From the IMG/VR virus record IMGVR_UViG_3300018430_000021, positions 227,103 to 291,102 of that record: a DNA stretch of 64,000 nt. One strand, written 5' to 3'. Positions within the stretch are counted from its first letter, which is position 1. The number at the start of each line of letters is the position of its first letter. The position numbers and the translations under genes are program-made. Below, in pieces: positions 25,758 through 37,498 of this stretch. The stretch is from a virus (lineage: Duplodnaviria; Caudoviricetes). A model generated the notes under the pieces. It ran no database searches. It was not told the origin of the DNA and worked only from the letters and a program-made list of their open reading frames with translations.

Positions 25758-26291
25758 CTAAACTCCTTTGTATCTGTCGTAAATTTCCTTTACCGTATCA
25801 GGGAAAGTTCCCCAGCCGCTGAGAAAATAAAGATTAATGAGCTTTCCAGCAGTTCCGTACTTGACAAACTGTCTTACGCCACTAGAAGACATATGTTCAG
25901 AATGTGCCGGTGTCGTAAAGAATACGTACTGAAGCGATGCAGGACTTTCAGAAAGGCAATAGTTATATTCCATCTGAGTCTTTTCGAATTCAAGATCCGT
26001 TCCATTACGGAGTCCGCGAACAATATAACCAATATTGTTTTCAAAGCAAAAATCGACAAGAGCTTCTGGAGTATACTGAACAGAAACCTTGTCGGACCAA
26101 TCATAACCTGTAGTCATTTCCCTAATCCACTTCATACGGAGAATCGGATTAATAGGATATGACTTTTCAGGATTTTCTGCAATAAGAACAATAACTCTGT
26201 CAAATACCTGTGCGGCTTGACGAATTACATGAAGATGTCCCGGGTGAACGGGATTGAAAGAACCTGGATAAACAGCAATTTTTTCACTCAT
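25758..26291 (-). CDS. coaD: phosphopantetheine adenylyltransferase
   Basis: AVYPGSFNPVHPGH, IVRGLR...D.EFE, SSSGVR motifs. Confidence 0.9.
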   Translation of the reverse strand: MSEKIAVYPGSFNPVHPGHLHVIRQAAQVFDRVIVLIAENPEKSYPINPILRMKWIREMTTGYDWSDKVSVQYTPEALVDFCFENNIGYIVRGLRNGTDLEFEKTQMEYNYCLSESPASLQYVFFTTPAHSEHMSSSGVRQFVKYGTAGKLINLYFLSGWGTFPDTVKEIYDRYKGV

Positions 26292-27394
26292 GTTACATAA
26301 TATAACAAAAAATTTCTTTTTTGTAAATACTTATTGTAACACTTCACGGTCAATCTCTCCAAGGCCACTATATGTCGCATTTATCATATCAACTAATGCG
26401 CTGTTTCGAGAATAACCCAATAATGAATCTTCGTTTATATAATCTAGTTGAGGAGATACAACAGCTGTCGGAGATATATAACCGGTATGCGGATAATCCG
26501 GATAATTAGGTTGTGAACCACACCCACACCAGCCTTCGAACTTAGGAACATTTTTCCATGCTTCTTCGACTATGCTCGCCGAAGTACAATCGGAAAGATT
26601 ACTGAAGAACTCACATACTTCGTCACGTTTTTCTGGAACATAACTGGTTCCGAGTACATGATAACAGACCGGACAGACTTGAATTTTTGTAGTCTTAATC
26701 TTTTCACCGGTAAGGTCATTAACGAGCTGAAGATAATAATCTTCGCCTTCATTGACAATGAATAATTTAGTAGTTAAACCACGACCTTCGAAAAGATCGC
26801 GGTCACTATCTAATTCAAATTCTGAAGAATTTTCGCAATATTTACACATAATTTTTCCCTTATGCGTAAAATATAAAAAATTACAAATGATGTAAATTTT
26901 ATTTAGCGAAAAATATCCGACAATTATCGACGTTTCTTACCAATCAAGCTGTCATATTCGGCCATGATTTCATTCGGCGATTTTACACTTTGCAAGTCTT
27001 CCGGTTTCTTACGACCTTCATAATACACAACCTTATCGGAAGGTTTCTTGGTATCGTCGTTATAATGAATTTTCTTCTTGAATGCCGCAAGTAATTGCAT
27101 GGCTGTTTCATAACTAGGTAAAATCGTACCGAGATGTGGGTACAAATTTGGATATTTGTACGGTCTAAGCGCAATACCTACGTTATTACAAGTAGCGTAT
27201 TCTTCTGCATTGTACTTAATATCAGTCCAGTCAGTTGCTAAAAGCCAGCTTAAAAGCCAACAGCTAGTCTTTCTATATTGTGCGATATAAGACTTACGGC
27301 TTGCTTTATAATCCATCCGATGATATTTCATTTCACTCAAATAAGCTGGAGCCATGATTGTTTCGATAATTCTGAATTCGTATGCCATAATCAT

Positions 27395-27426
27395 AATATA
27401 GAAAAAGAGTTGACTTGTGTCAACCC
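27395..27426 (-). promoter_or_regulatory. repeated sigma70-type promoter overlapping a terminator-like hairpin (representative copy)
   Basis: Minus strand GGGTTGACACAAGTCAACTCTTTTTCTATATT: TTGACA-17-TATATT with a GTTGAC/GTCAAC hairpin and U-tract; many copies in the window. Confidence 0.75.
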
Positions 27427-28051
27427 TTTTTAGACATCATTAACCTAATACGTCAAAAACACTTTCTACGTTTCGTTTCTGTATTTCCAGATAGAGTTTT
27501 TTAAAGTCATCTTCGGTTTCGTATTTTGTGTTATTCCAAATAACATAACTACCCTTACATCCGATAGCGAGACAACCGTCAGTATTGTGCCCGCCATAAT
27601 TTACGGAAAACGATAACCAGAACTTATTACCGCCCTTTTTGTTTGGTTCATCGTCATCTCTAATAGGCCGCATCTTCAAAATGTCAATATAATGAATATG
27701 ACTGAACGGTTCATTACCGAGATAACTGTAATGTAAAGCGTTTTCCTTTTCGAACATTAGATATGTGGTTCTCCGCAGTTAAGTTCTTCATTGAACCAGT
27801 TATTTTGTTGATACCTTGTAGAACGAATACGCTGGATTTCCTTTTCGGTTTCATCCAGTTCTTTCCTCTGTTTACGAATCTTGTCAAGTTCCTGACATAG
27901 TTCAGTATCTGACATTTTTTCGTATTTAGACAGTTTATATTCGGCAAAGTATTTTTCTATGTCCATAACTTATAATATAGTAAAAAGCAATCTTTTTGTA
28001 AGCCCAAAAAGTATTGACAACATATAGGAAATTTTCTATATTAGTATTACT

Positions 28052-28414
28052 ATGATTAACAAGAATGTTCTAATTGATGGAATTCATATTCCAAATACAA
28101 ACAAGACCGCTACGGCGAATCTTGAATTTTTGGTAAATACCGTCAAGAAGTTGACGGATGTAAACAGTAAAAGCACTATCAGCGTCGGTCAATATAAGAG
28201 CGACAGATATTACGCCAAAGCTCTTGTAAATGAACGTTTCATGTTTACGTGCGGACTTGAACTCAAGGATTCTGATTATGGCTGTCAAATTACCAGAATC
28301 GGAAAAATCGGTTGGACTAAGGAAGACATCGTTCGAAAGCCTGTGTTCGGAATGCTTACGGACTATCTCGATACCTATATTTCCGTAGCTACACGAATCA
28401 AGTCGTACTTGTAG
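28052..28414 (+). CDS. hypothetical protein
   Basis: Preceded by TTGACA-17-TATATT; 120 aa ORF. Confidence 0.6.
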   Translation: MINKNVLIDGIHIPNTNKTATANLEFLVNTVKKLTDVNSKSTISVGQYKSDRYYAKALVNERFMFTCGLELKDSDYGCQITRIGKIGWTKEDIVRKPVFGMLTDYLDTYISVATRIKSYL

Positions 28415-28432
28415 CTTTAAAATTAATCATAG

Positions 28433-28517
28433 TGGCCAAGGTGGGATTCGAACCCACACGCCCTTTCGGACCGATGCTTCTAAGGCACCGTTGTCTCGCC
28501 AGTTCCATCACTCGGCC
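28433..28517 (-). tRNA. tRNA-Leu(TAG)
   Basis: Cloverleaf, loop CTTAGAA, long variable arm, A73. Confidence 0.9.
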
Positions 28518-28523
28518 ATTTAG

Positions 28524-28612
28524 TCTGCTGGGTGGGAATCGAACCCACAAGCCATTAAGGCGGAAGCATCTGAGTCTTCTGTGTCTACCATAAACTATTC
28601 CACCACCAGCGG
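28524..28612 (-). tRNA. tRNA-Leu(CAG), enlarged D-loop
   Basis: Loop CTCAGAT, long variable arm, TTCGA T-loop. Confidence 0.8.
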
Positions 28613-28622
28613 ATAATTGTAG

Positions 28623-28707
28623 CGGAAGCGGAAGGGCTCGAACCTTCAAGCAGATTTCTCCACGGCACTTTAGCAAAGTGCTGGCTTACCTATTAGCCTA
28701 CGCTTCC
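28623..28707 (-). tRNA. tRNA-Ser(GCT)
   Basis: Loop TTGCTAA, long variable arm, G73. Confidence 0.9.
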
Positions 28708-28716
28708 AAAATTTTA

Positions 28717-28798
28717 TCCTTAGGGTGGGACTCGAACCCACATGCCTTTCGGCCGCGGCTTTTGAGACCGCTGCGTATACCAATTCCGCCACCTAAGG
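28717..28798 (-). tRNA. tRNA-Leu(CAA)
   Basis: Loop CTCAAAA. Confidence 0.9.
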
Positions 28799-28801
28799 TT
28801 A

Positions 28802-28884
28802 TCGTCAGAGCGGGACTCGAACCCGTACGTCCTGAGGACACTGGCCTCTCATGCCAGCGCGTCTACCAATTCCGCCACCTGACG
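28802..28884 (-). tRNA. tRNA-Leu(GAG)
   Basis: Loop ATGAGAG. Confidence 0.9.
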
Positions 28885-28892
28885 TTAGTTTA

Positions 28893-28974
28893 TCGGTACG
28901 GGGAGACTCGCACTCCCAATCCCTTTCGGGCACGGACCTCTCAAGCCCGCATGTATACATTCCATCACATACCG
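28893..28974 (-). tRNA. tRNA-Leu(GAG), atypical T-loop
   Basis: Loop TTGAGAG; T-loop TGCGAGT. Confidence 0.8.
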
Positions 28975-28982
28975 TTATATTA

Positions 28983-29072
28983 TCGGTCTGAAGGGACTCG
29001 AACCCCCAATCCGTGCTTATCTCGGCCACCGGGTTTAAGCCGATGCTGTATTCCAATTCCAATCACAGACCG
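28983..29072 (-). tRNA. tRNA-Leu(TAA)
   Basis: Loop CTTAAAC. Confidence 0.9.
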
Positions 29073-29078
29073 CTATAG

Positions 29079-29151
29079 CAGGAGTACCAGGATTCGAACC
29101 CAGACCAGTGGACTTGGAAACCACTATGCTAGCCATTACAAACATACTCCT
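29079..29151 (-). tRNA. tRNA-Trp(CCA)
   Basis: Loop TTCCAAG, A1-U72, G73. Confidence 0.85.
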
Positions 29152-29188
29152 AAATAAAAAATTAAGGCTCCCATTGTGTGGGAACCTT
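29152..29188 (-). terminator. attenuator terminator of the Leu/Ser/Trp tRNA operon
   Basis: AAGGTTCCCA-CACAA-TGGGAGCCTT followed by AATTTTTTATTT, directly before tRNA-Trp. Confidence 0.8.
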
Positions 29189-29217
29189 ATAAACTTTCAT
29201 ACGATTAAAAAATCGAA

Positions 29218-29304
29218 CTACTTAGTTCCCACTAGACTACGACGCAATAACCAGCTGAGGAGCAGGCTACTGAGTAGGAGGAGTGTCAAACTAAGTGTCT
29301 TCAT
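29218..29304 (-). CDS. leader peptide MKTLSLTLLLLSSLLLSWLLRRSLVGTK
   Basis: RBS AAAGG; 12 Leu using all six codons, 5 Ser all AGY, 1 Trp; too short for the ORF track. Confidence 0.85.
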   Translation of the reverse strand: MKTLSLTLLLLSSLLLSWLLRRSLVGTK

Positions 29305-30281
29305 TTTTAAACCTTTTATATTATATATAAGAAATTTTTTGTTGTTTTTGTTTTTACGTTGTAAATATAGCAAATAATTTTTCTTTTGTAAACCCCTATG
29401 GGTAAATTTTTTTCTCGAGCGGAAGTTTCAGCTTATCGGAAATATCGTTATACATTAACGGCAATTCTTTTAATGTATGACTTTCAATCTCTCCGTCTAC
29501 AGCTTCAAGAAATTCATCAATAACGGGTTTAAGGTGATAAATTGTTACCGGCCAGTTACGGCCTTCACGATTCTGTCCCCATTCATGAAAAACTACATCT
29601 ATAGAAAACGTAGTAAAATACATCCAGTGATTAACCCCGAAACAAACCATTTGCGGGCACGGTTGGCCATAGCCATATTTCTTCTGGACATTTTTAATTG
29701 CATCGTAAAATTTTCGATTATCTGTAATACCTTTAATCTTATAGTTAATGGTATACTTATATTGCCAATCGAAAATATATTCAGGTTCATTATGCATCTG
29801 ATTCAACCTTTTTAGGTGTTCCCCATTTCTTATTCCATTCGGATTCAAGCATCTTGTCATCGTAATCGATATTTCCGTCTTCGTCGATACAATGTGTCGT
29901 ATAAGTAACCGTCACATCTCGACCTACATAGAATGTTCTTTCACAATGACTGCATTCAATCTTGTCTTCATCGGACAATTCCCAAGAATCCGTCTGGACC
30001 GCACCGCAATAAGGACAGACCGCCTCTTCGGTATTGGCATTAAAATAACTGATCGATTTATCTTCAAACTGCATCTGGTTTACCTTGACCTTCTGACATA
30101 AGTGCGGCATGATTTGCCGCATTATATTTTTTCAATGTTCTAAGATTAAAGATACACCCGTCTTCACCTTTTCGGTTAGTAGTGAATCTTTCATCATCGG
30201 TGTCCCATCCGAAAATGCCGCAAATCATGCATCCTTCTTCAGAGTCATAATCAGTAAACGGACATTTATTACAACGCATAA

Positions 30282-30824
30282 TTATTTCCTGGTAATAAAT
30301 TCGTTATATTCCTGTAAAGTTGACTTGCTGTCTGATTTTTCCGGCTCATCACCGATGAAATAATCAATAATATGTTTCGGAATCGTACAGACAAAAATAT
30401 TGCCGACCCATATAATAATTTTTAACGGCAATAAAATGAACATAGCACCTGAACAACAAATAATGCCATATGAATAAAACGTAAATAACAATAAATCTTT
30501 ACGGTCGTTAATTTTGATTTCGTTATAACTACAACCGTAGTTATAATAATTTGACATCTTAACAATCGACGATTCACCGTTTAACATAGCGATAAAGAAT
30601 GCAAAACCGAAACAGCATAATGCCGACCATGCATAAAGAGCCAGTTGTACAGTAAAATTATCCGACCACAGTTCTTTATATGCTACAAGATTACCGATAA
30701 CACTGCCTACCCAGCAAATCATGGAAAAAATAACTTTACCGAAGTAAGTGCTATTTTCATGGTTGTTTATGTATGAATATAGAACGTAAAGCTGCAGCTT
30801 CTTAATCATTGTTATCCTCGCCAA
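30282..30824 (-). CDS. multi-pass membrane protein (paralogue family with 33916, 34572, 40427, possibly 55210)
   Basis: Several hydrophobic helices, IPxxIxDYxxG, C-terminal LxEY/FNxFL. Confidence 0.65.
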   Translation of the reverse strand: MARITMIKKLQLYVLYSYINNHENSTYFGKVIFSMICWVGSVIGNLVAYKELWSDNFTVQLALYAWSALCCFGFAFFIAMLNGESSIVKMSNYYNYGCSYNEIKINDRKDLLLFTFYSYGIICCSGAMFILLPLKIIIWVGNIFVCTIPKHIIDYFIGDEPEKSDSKSTLQEYNEFITRK

Positions 30825-31357
30825 ATTTTACCCATGTCTTTTCATAAGCTTCGGGATGCTCAAGAATATAATCGAGATCCTCGTTTACAATATCCGGTAA
30901 TACCTTAAGATTCTTAAACTTATAGGTACCGCAATCACCGTCAAAGTTCGGTTCTTCTTCCAGAATCAAATCGAACATATTGTAATCGTCTACCGTGACG
31001 ATACTTCTACGGAACTGTTCATGAAGATGAGCATACAGTTTTGCAGCCGCAATCAGGTCTTCGCTTACGTACATTCCATAACGGGTCCACCACTGCGGTT
31101 CAATAGGATGTTGTCTTTTGTCGACGAATAAAATGATATAATGCATGTTAGAAATATAATAGTTTTTACAAGACTTGTCAACCCTTTTTAATAAATAAGA
31201 AAGGTTTACAAACGCGGTACGTAATGCCGCAGTACGGGTCAGAAAAATTCCGGAAAGGTTTTCCTCTTAAAAAACCCATAGCGACTGAACATGAAGTGCC
31301 ATATTGGTTGGCTATATTGGTCGAAATCTGACATCATTCTATTAAAAGGAAAACTAC

Positions 31358-32149
31358 ATGATTAAAAAAGACATAACAGCAAAAGAGGCCAATATTATCG
31401 GAGCCTGCTCAAAAAATATCCGACAATTCTGTAAGTACACAAAGATCCTCACCGAAGAGGGAACAAGTACATTCAAGCCCTACAAATTCCAAAAAGAATT
31501 ACTTGACAAGTGGATTTCGACCATGGAAGAAAAACAACACATGGGAAAACGAAACCATCTGGTAAAAACCGTAAGGCAATGCGGTATTACAACAGCTTTG
31601 GCTGTTTATGCCCTCTGGTATGCGATATTTAATCCGGATAAATGTATCGGTATTCTGGCACCAAAAGAAGCACAGTCATGTGAAATCTTGTACAGAATAA
31701 AAGACATCTATAATAATCTTCCGGATTTTTTAAAACCGAAAACATTAACAAATAACAAGCAAGTAATACGATTTGAAAACAAGACACAAATCTTCGCTTG
31801 TGCCGCACATTCAACAAGTATACGGGGAAAATCTGTCGATTTAATGATTATCGACGATTTCGCGCATATGAGTGACAATCTGGCAGAAGACTTTATGATG
31901 TGTGTATTTCCTACACAAGCATCTCGCGCATACGCCCAGATGATTATCGTATCTACACCAACAACTAAATCACACCCTTTTTATAAAATCTATGAAAAGG
32001 CATCCAATAAAATGAATTCATTTAATATTACCGATATTCCATGGAACTGCATCAAACGCAGAAACGCTGAATGGAAAAAGAGAATAATTCGCGAATGCGG
32101 TATAGACTTCTTCAATAGCGAATTTTCCGGTAAATTTAAAGAAGAATAA
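31358..32149 (+). CDS. T4 gp17-like terminase large subunit ATPase domain only (degenerate)
   Basis: PYKFQKE, RQCGITT (cf. RQxGKT), IRGKS, IIDDFAH (cf. DEFAF), IIVSTP; no nuclease domain. Confidence 0.75.
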   Translation: MIKKDITAKEANIIGACSKNIRQFCKYTKILTEEGTSTFKPYKFQKELLDKWISTMEEKQHMGKRNHLVKTVRQCGITTALAVYALWYAIFNPDKCIGILAPKEAQSCEILYRIKDIYNNLPDFLKPKTLTNNKQVIRFENKTQIFACAAHSTSIRGKSVDLMIIDDFAHMSDNLAEDFMMCVFPTQASRAYAQMIIVSTPTTKSHPFYKIYEKASNKMNSFNITDIPWNCIKRRNAEWKKRIIRECGIDFFNSEFSGKFKEE

Positions 32150-32175
32150 AAAGGCGGGCACAAAGCCCGCTATTT

Positions 32176-33912
32176 TTATAGCAACCGTTCTGTAGGCAAT
32201 CGGAGACGTTTGTAATAGTCCTTTGTTCTATCAATCTCTTTCTGTCGCTCACGGACAGCCTCTACGGCCATTGTACTGAATGTCTCGCCTAACTGGTTAG
32301 TCATGTCTTCGGTCAGCGTATCACTCACCGTATTGACGTTAACAGTACGTTTGGTAATACCGTCGTCGATAACTGCAATATATTCTATCTGGGCTTTCTT
32401 TTGTCGTTCAAGCTCGAGTCTGATACTGTCCAGACGGATAAGTTCCTTTCTGATACTATCCTTCTTATGGACATAGGCGAGAATACTGTCGCGAACGAAC
32501 TGCTTTCGTTTTTCAGCTTCCGCAGCCTTCAACGAATCGCGCTTTCCCTTTTCAGCCGCCCACATGGAATCAACCGCTGCCTTAATCTTCGGGTCGACTT
32601 CATAACGCTTATTGAAATCGGGACCGCTAAACGGATCCGAATGACGTGTTACGGTAACAGTTACATTGGCCTTGGTTGAAACCGGGTCATTCGCCTGACC
32701 GTATTCATAGAAAGCCTTACATGTTATAATCGTACACAGTAGAACAAAAATCCAAAGTGCAACACCGATTTTTTCATGATGCTTGTCGATGAATTTATAT
32801 CCGTAATTCGGTTTTCCATAGTTAGGAGGGTCTTCGAGAATGAACGGCTTAATCGGTTTTCCATAGTTAGGCAGGTTATTGTAGTTGGTTTTCATCATTT
32901 GTTTTCATCCTTTCAAATTTCGTATAATATTCTTTATTGTTATCAATTTCGTTCTGTCGGTCACGAACGGCATTCAACGACATTTCGGTAAACGACTCAC
33001 CCATAGCTTGCATTCCTTCAGGAGTAAGGGAATCTGCTACGGCATTAACCTTTACTTCTCGAGAAGTTACACCGTCATCAATAATCGCGATATATTCGGC
33101 TTTGACCTGCTGCTTCTTGACAAGCTCGGCATCCAGACTATCCTGCATTTTAATCGCAACGGCAATACTGTCGTGAATTTGGTTATACTTTACGATACTG
33201 TCCTGTACATACTTAATGCTATCGGCCTTTCGTTTTTCTTCTGCCGCACGTCGTTCGGCTTCTTTTGCGTCATTACAAGATACACTTTGAAGACAAAAGT
33301 TTGTAAAACTATTGTTTGGAGTTCCTACGAATTTTACAAAGAAAAGAGCAGTAGAAAGCATAGCAACGCACATGAAGAAAAGTCCTAGACACCCGCAGCC
33401 AAGATCTTCACTACAGTCGTCACAATTTCTAGCCTTATCGTTATAATAATCCTTCGAATAAGCACCGCCAACTTCGCTGGAATACGTTACATGCGGATGA
33501 TGTACTTGATTATCCATTAGTTTTCTTCCTCAAGAAAGTTAAGAGTGATAGGGGTCTGTTCTTTTCCTACGTCGATAAACTTTGCATTTCGCCAGTAATG
33601 GTCGTTATGATCGATTTCTCTCTGACGGGTCGCAATCATGTGATGTGTCGCTTCTTTAATCGCACGATTCACAAGTTCCGTGTCCTTATGGGTAATAGAA
33701 TCGGTAACAACCTTGGAAGCAACTACTCGGCGCGTAACACCGTCATTGATAACAGTATACATTTCGATAGTTACCGGCATTGAAAACTTCTTGTCTTCAA
33801 CGATTTCCTTCTGGAATGCAGGGCGATGCCAAATTTCACCGATGAAATAGAACGAACTGCAAGCACCCAAGAAAAGAATTACAACCAGATAATTTTTAAG
33901 CAGTCGTTCCAT
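32176..33912 (-). CDS. three tandem membrane-anchored paralogues (32176..32898, 32876..33517, 33517..33912)
   Basis: Single TM helix plus a shared C-terminal domain I(D/N)DG(I/V)TxR...DxxT...RQxEID...Y(Y/W). Confidence 0.75.
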
Positions 33913-33915
33913 ATA

Positions 33916-35150
33916 TTACCTTTCTACTCGTTTATAATGTGTTTTACCGTAAATTTTTTTAGTAGCATTTTCACCAAGAAGCTGATTGAATTCATTTGTT
34001 AAATCAGAATTTTGTTTTGCCTGCTTTGATTCTGCCTTTGGTTTCGGTTTTGTATTACCGAAAGCATAGTCAAGAATCTTATTCGGAATATCATAACTGA
34101 TGAACTTTAACAATATAATCGGCAAAATAACCCAACCCAACGGTGTACCGAAAATAAACATGATGTTATATAAAGTGTACAAGAATAACGATTTCTTCGC
34201 TACCGGAGGAAGATTTTCGTAATTATCGATTGAAGCATGAGCCATTACTTCGTCTTCTACACAGAAAATACCAATAAATCCAACCAAAGAAACAACAAGC
34301 GCACCAGTAAGGATCCTGGTCAAAAGAATACCGATACCAACATAATGGTCAGACGCATACAACCAAGCATTGACACCGGCGCTAATAAGCCACACGAAAA
34401 TATTAATTATCCAAAGAACAAACCAAAGGGTGTATTCATTTCCTGCACGGTATTCTTTGCTCAATGTCATTTGAAAGTTTTTAAGAATCATATTTCCTCT
34501 TGTGTATGGCTATAATATAATAAAAAATACCCATCTTGTCAATGGGTATTTTTATTTGCTTCCACGCGTAATTACTTATTCAAGAACGCATTATAATCAG
34601 AAAGAATGTTTGCCTTTACAGGTACTTCAGCTTCAGCCTTTACTTCTTTAACCATCTTTTTCTGTTCTTTTTCTTGCTTTCTTCCGAACAACAGATGAAC
34701 CAAATATTCAGGCAAAAAGATAAAGCTGAATTTACAGGTCAAACCGATTGCTACAAGCGTATACTTAAATACCAGATAAACATATGTTACCGGAGTAAGC
34801 ACAGATATGATAATCGTGTAAATAGAAGCCAAAGTAACTCTTTCATATTCTTTATCTGACAATTCACTATACTGTTTCTTGTGGTTACGACCTATATTAC
34901 TTAATGCATTTACATATAAACAGAAGAAAATAAGATGTACAATACAATATTTTACGACAAACGGCATGTGTTTTGCCAAAAATAATGTTTCACGACCATT
35001 GACATCACTGGCCCAATACGTAACGACACAAATAATGGTAGCAACAACAGTTAATGCTATACCAATCAACGCAAACCAATCAAATAATGACGGATCGCTT
35101 TTGCTTGCTTCTCGGTATACCTTCATTCTAAGAGAATCAAACCATGACAT
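33916..35150 (-). CDS. two multi-pass membrane paralogues (33916..34491, 34572..35150)
   Basis: Same family as 30282..30824. Confidence 0.65.
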
Positions 35151-35151
35151 T

Positions 35152-36729
35152 TTATTTTTGCTCCTTATTGTGGCTTATTACATTCTTATTCCAATAATTT
35201 GTATCAGCGTTAACTTCTCTCTGCCTTACATCAACCATTTTATAGGTTGCCTGTAACATGTTATCATTGACGGTCTTTATCATGTCGTGGGTAACAGAAT
35301 CAGCTGTCATTTTGGATTTCATAGTACGTTTTGTAACTCCATCTGAAACCGTTACATTCGCCTCGACTGTTACCTCGTGTTTGATTACCGGTTTTGTAGA
35401 CACAATCTGTTCAACCTTTATTTCTTCCTTCTTAGGCGGAACATAGTTATCCGGTTTTAAAAACCAAGAAGAAAGCCAAAGCATTAATGTGAAACCGCCA
35501 ATTACAGAACCAAGCCCCCAAACTACAGCTATAGCACCTTCAATAAAGCTATAATGTTCAAATTCATTATCCATAGCTTACTCCAGTGCGATAAAGTTAG
35601 TAGGCTTAATCTTGGAAACCTTATAGTAAGTCTTGGAAGTATCGATTTCAGTCTGACGGTCCTTAGCCATATTAGTAGCCATAGCAGTAATAGTCTTTGT
35701 CAGGTGCTTCATGTCGGATTCTCGGATAGTATCAAGCACGACATCTGTCTGAACCTTACGTGTTGTAACACCGTCTTCGATTACCGCAACAAGCTCAATC
35801 TGGACTCGTTTTTCTTTCGGCAATGTAGTTACAAGGCTATCTCGTCTGATGGCCGCCTGGGTCACAGAATCAGCCCTATGTTCCAAATCTACGGCATAGA
35901 TTGAGTCAGCCAGTGCCTTGACGTCAATGCTGTCCTTTGTACCGTCTTCGAAGACTGACATACTGTCAATAGCGGCCGCCAAAGCCTGTGCCCGAGAGTA
36001 AGGATTCTTGGTAACGGTAGTCTTTACAGCAGTGCTCTTAACCGGAGAATTTCGTTCATAAATCCATTCATGGAAACGACTTAATGCATTGGATCCGATA
36101 ACGGATGCAATAACGATACCGACGAACAGGATAAAGACCGCAGCTAGACGGAGAAGGTCCTTATGCTTACGATAGAAGGAAACCTTATTTTCCTTTTCAG
36201 CAGCCTTGATTTCAGGTTCAAATGCGATAGTCGGACGTTTTTCTTCAGGAATTTGACTAAAACGCTTCTTCCAGTCCTTATCACGCTTTTCTTCTTGCTT
36301 TCTGCGACGTTCGTCTTCGGTAATAGTCGGAGCGAGAAGGTTTTCATTTTCGATAGTAGAATAAACCGTAGTATGAATATACTGAATCGTATATCCTTCG
36401 AACGCGTTTGAAACCTTAAATCCGCTTTCGTCCACAGTAGTACTTGCACCGCCAACGGCGAACGTAATAGCGTCGCTTACGATAATAATGTGCTTATCGT
36501 CCTTGAACATATCCATATAATTGGAACACGTACCCGTACGAATACGAGCCGGAATAGCAGTCCAATCATATTCATAGATATTCTTATTACTCATAAGAAT
36601 AACAGGAGCGGTCTGCTTTTCATCATAGAAACCAAGAACATTGATACCTTCGAAAGTATCAATACCGGTTACAGTGTATGTCCATTTATACATTGCGTCA
36701 GTGGAATTAAGTTCCGCCTTGACCTTCAA
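35152..36729 (-). CDS. two more DGVT-domain paralogues (35152..35574, 35578..36729)
   Basis: SDGVTKR...RQREVN..YW and EDGVTTR...RQTEID..YY. Confidence 0.7.
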
Positions 36730-37498
36730 TGTCAGATATTTGTACTTTAAACAGCTCTTATTATCTACTATATTTTACCTTTATTCACAATATAGTAAAT
36801 TCCCTATTAGTTGTCAACCGTTTTTTCATCGCCATCAATGTAAAGTAAATGTAAGTCAAGGTCAAGTTCATGCTGAACCTTATATACATCTTCTGGAGTT
36901 TTTATATAATGACGTTTTCCATACCATTCCAGCCAGTTTTCACCAAACCATGGGTCACTATCCGGATGAGTATCGTCTTTAGTCAATCTCGGATAAACAA
37001 ATAAAGCGCTTGAACTATAACCGCAACTTAAATCTTTCTGAGGACCAAACGGTTTCTTCGTGGACCAGCACCAGTTATCACGATATGCTATACAGAAACC
37101 CGGAACATAGATTTCTTTATCTTTTAAGAACTTTTCTAAACTGTCTTTATCCGGGAATACCCAATCTTTAAATTTCGGATTTGCACTAGACAGTTCATAT
37201 TCTTTTAAACTGTATTCAATCGGGTGTACTGCATAAACTGGAAAATATGGCGCCATTACATGTAAATCATCCGGATCATCCAATGACAATTTCCAATTAA
37301 TCCCATACGTTTCTCTGCGTTCTTCATGCTTTGAATATATATCAAACGAATGGGCAAAATGTGCATGAACTACGATAGCCGGCATATCCGCAGTGTCTTT
37401 ACCGGTCTTTGACCATTTTTCAACTAAATCTAACATATCATAAAGATAGAAAAAAGACTGACTTGCGTCAGCCTTTTTAATGTAAATATTTGTTAATA

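Noticed and set aside
28398-29377. Track ORFs overlapping tRNA arrays (also 43535, 44034, 50041, 50614, 51043, 59907, 62137, 62661, 62729)
   Set aside because: Spurious frames across tRNA genes; only the short leader ORFs are supported
29305-29395. T-box riboswitches upstream of tRNA operons or alaS
   Set aside because: No T-box consensus or room for a stem I; the leader ORFs explain the terminators better
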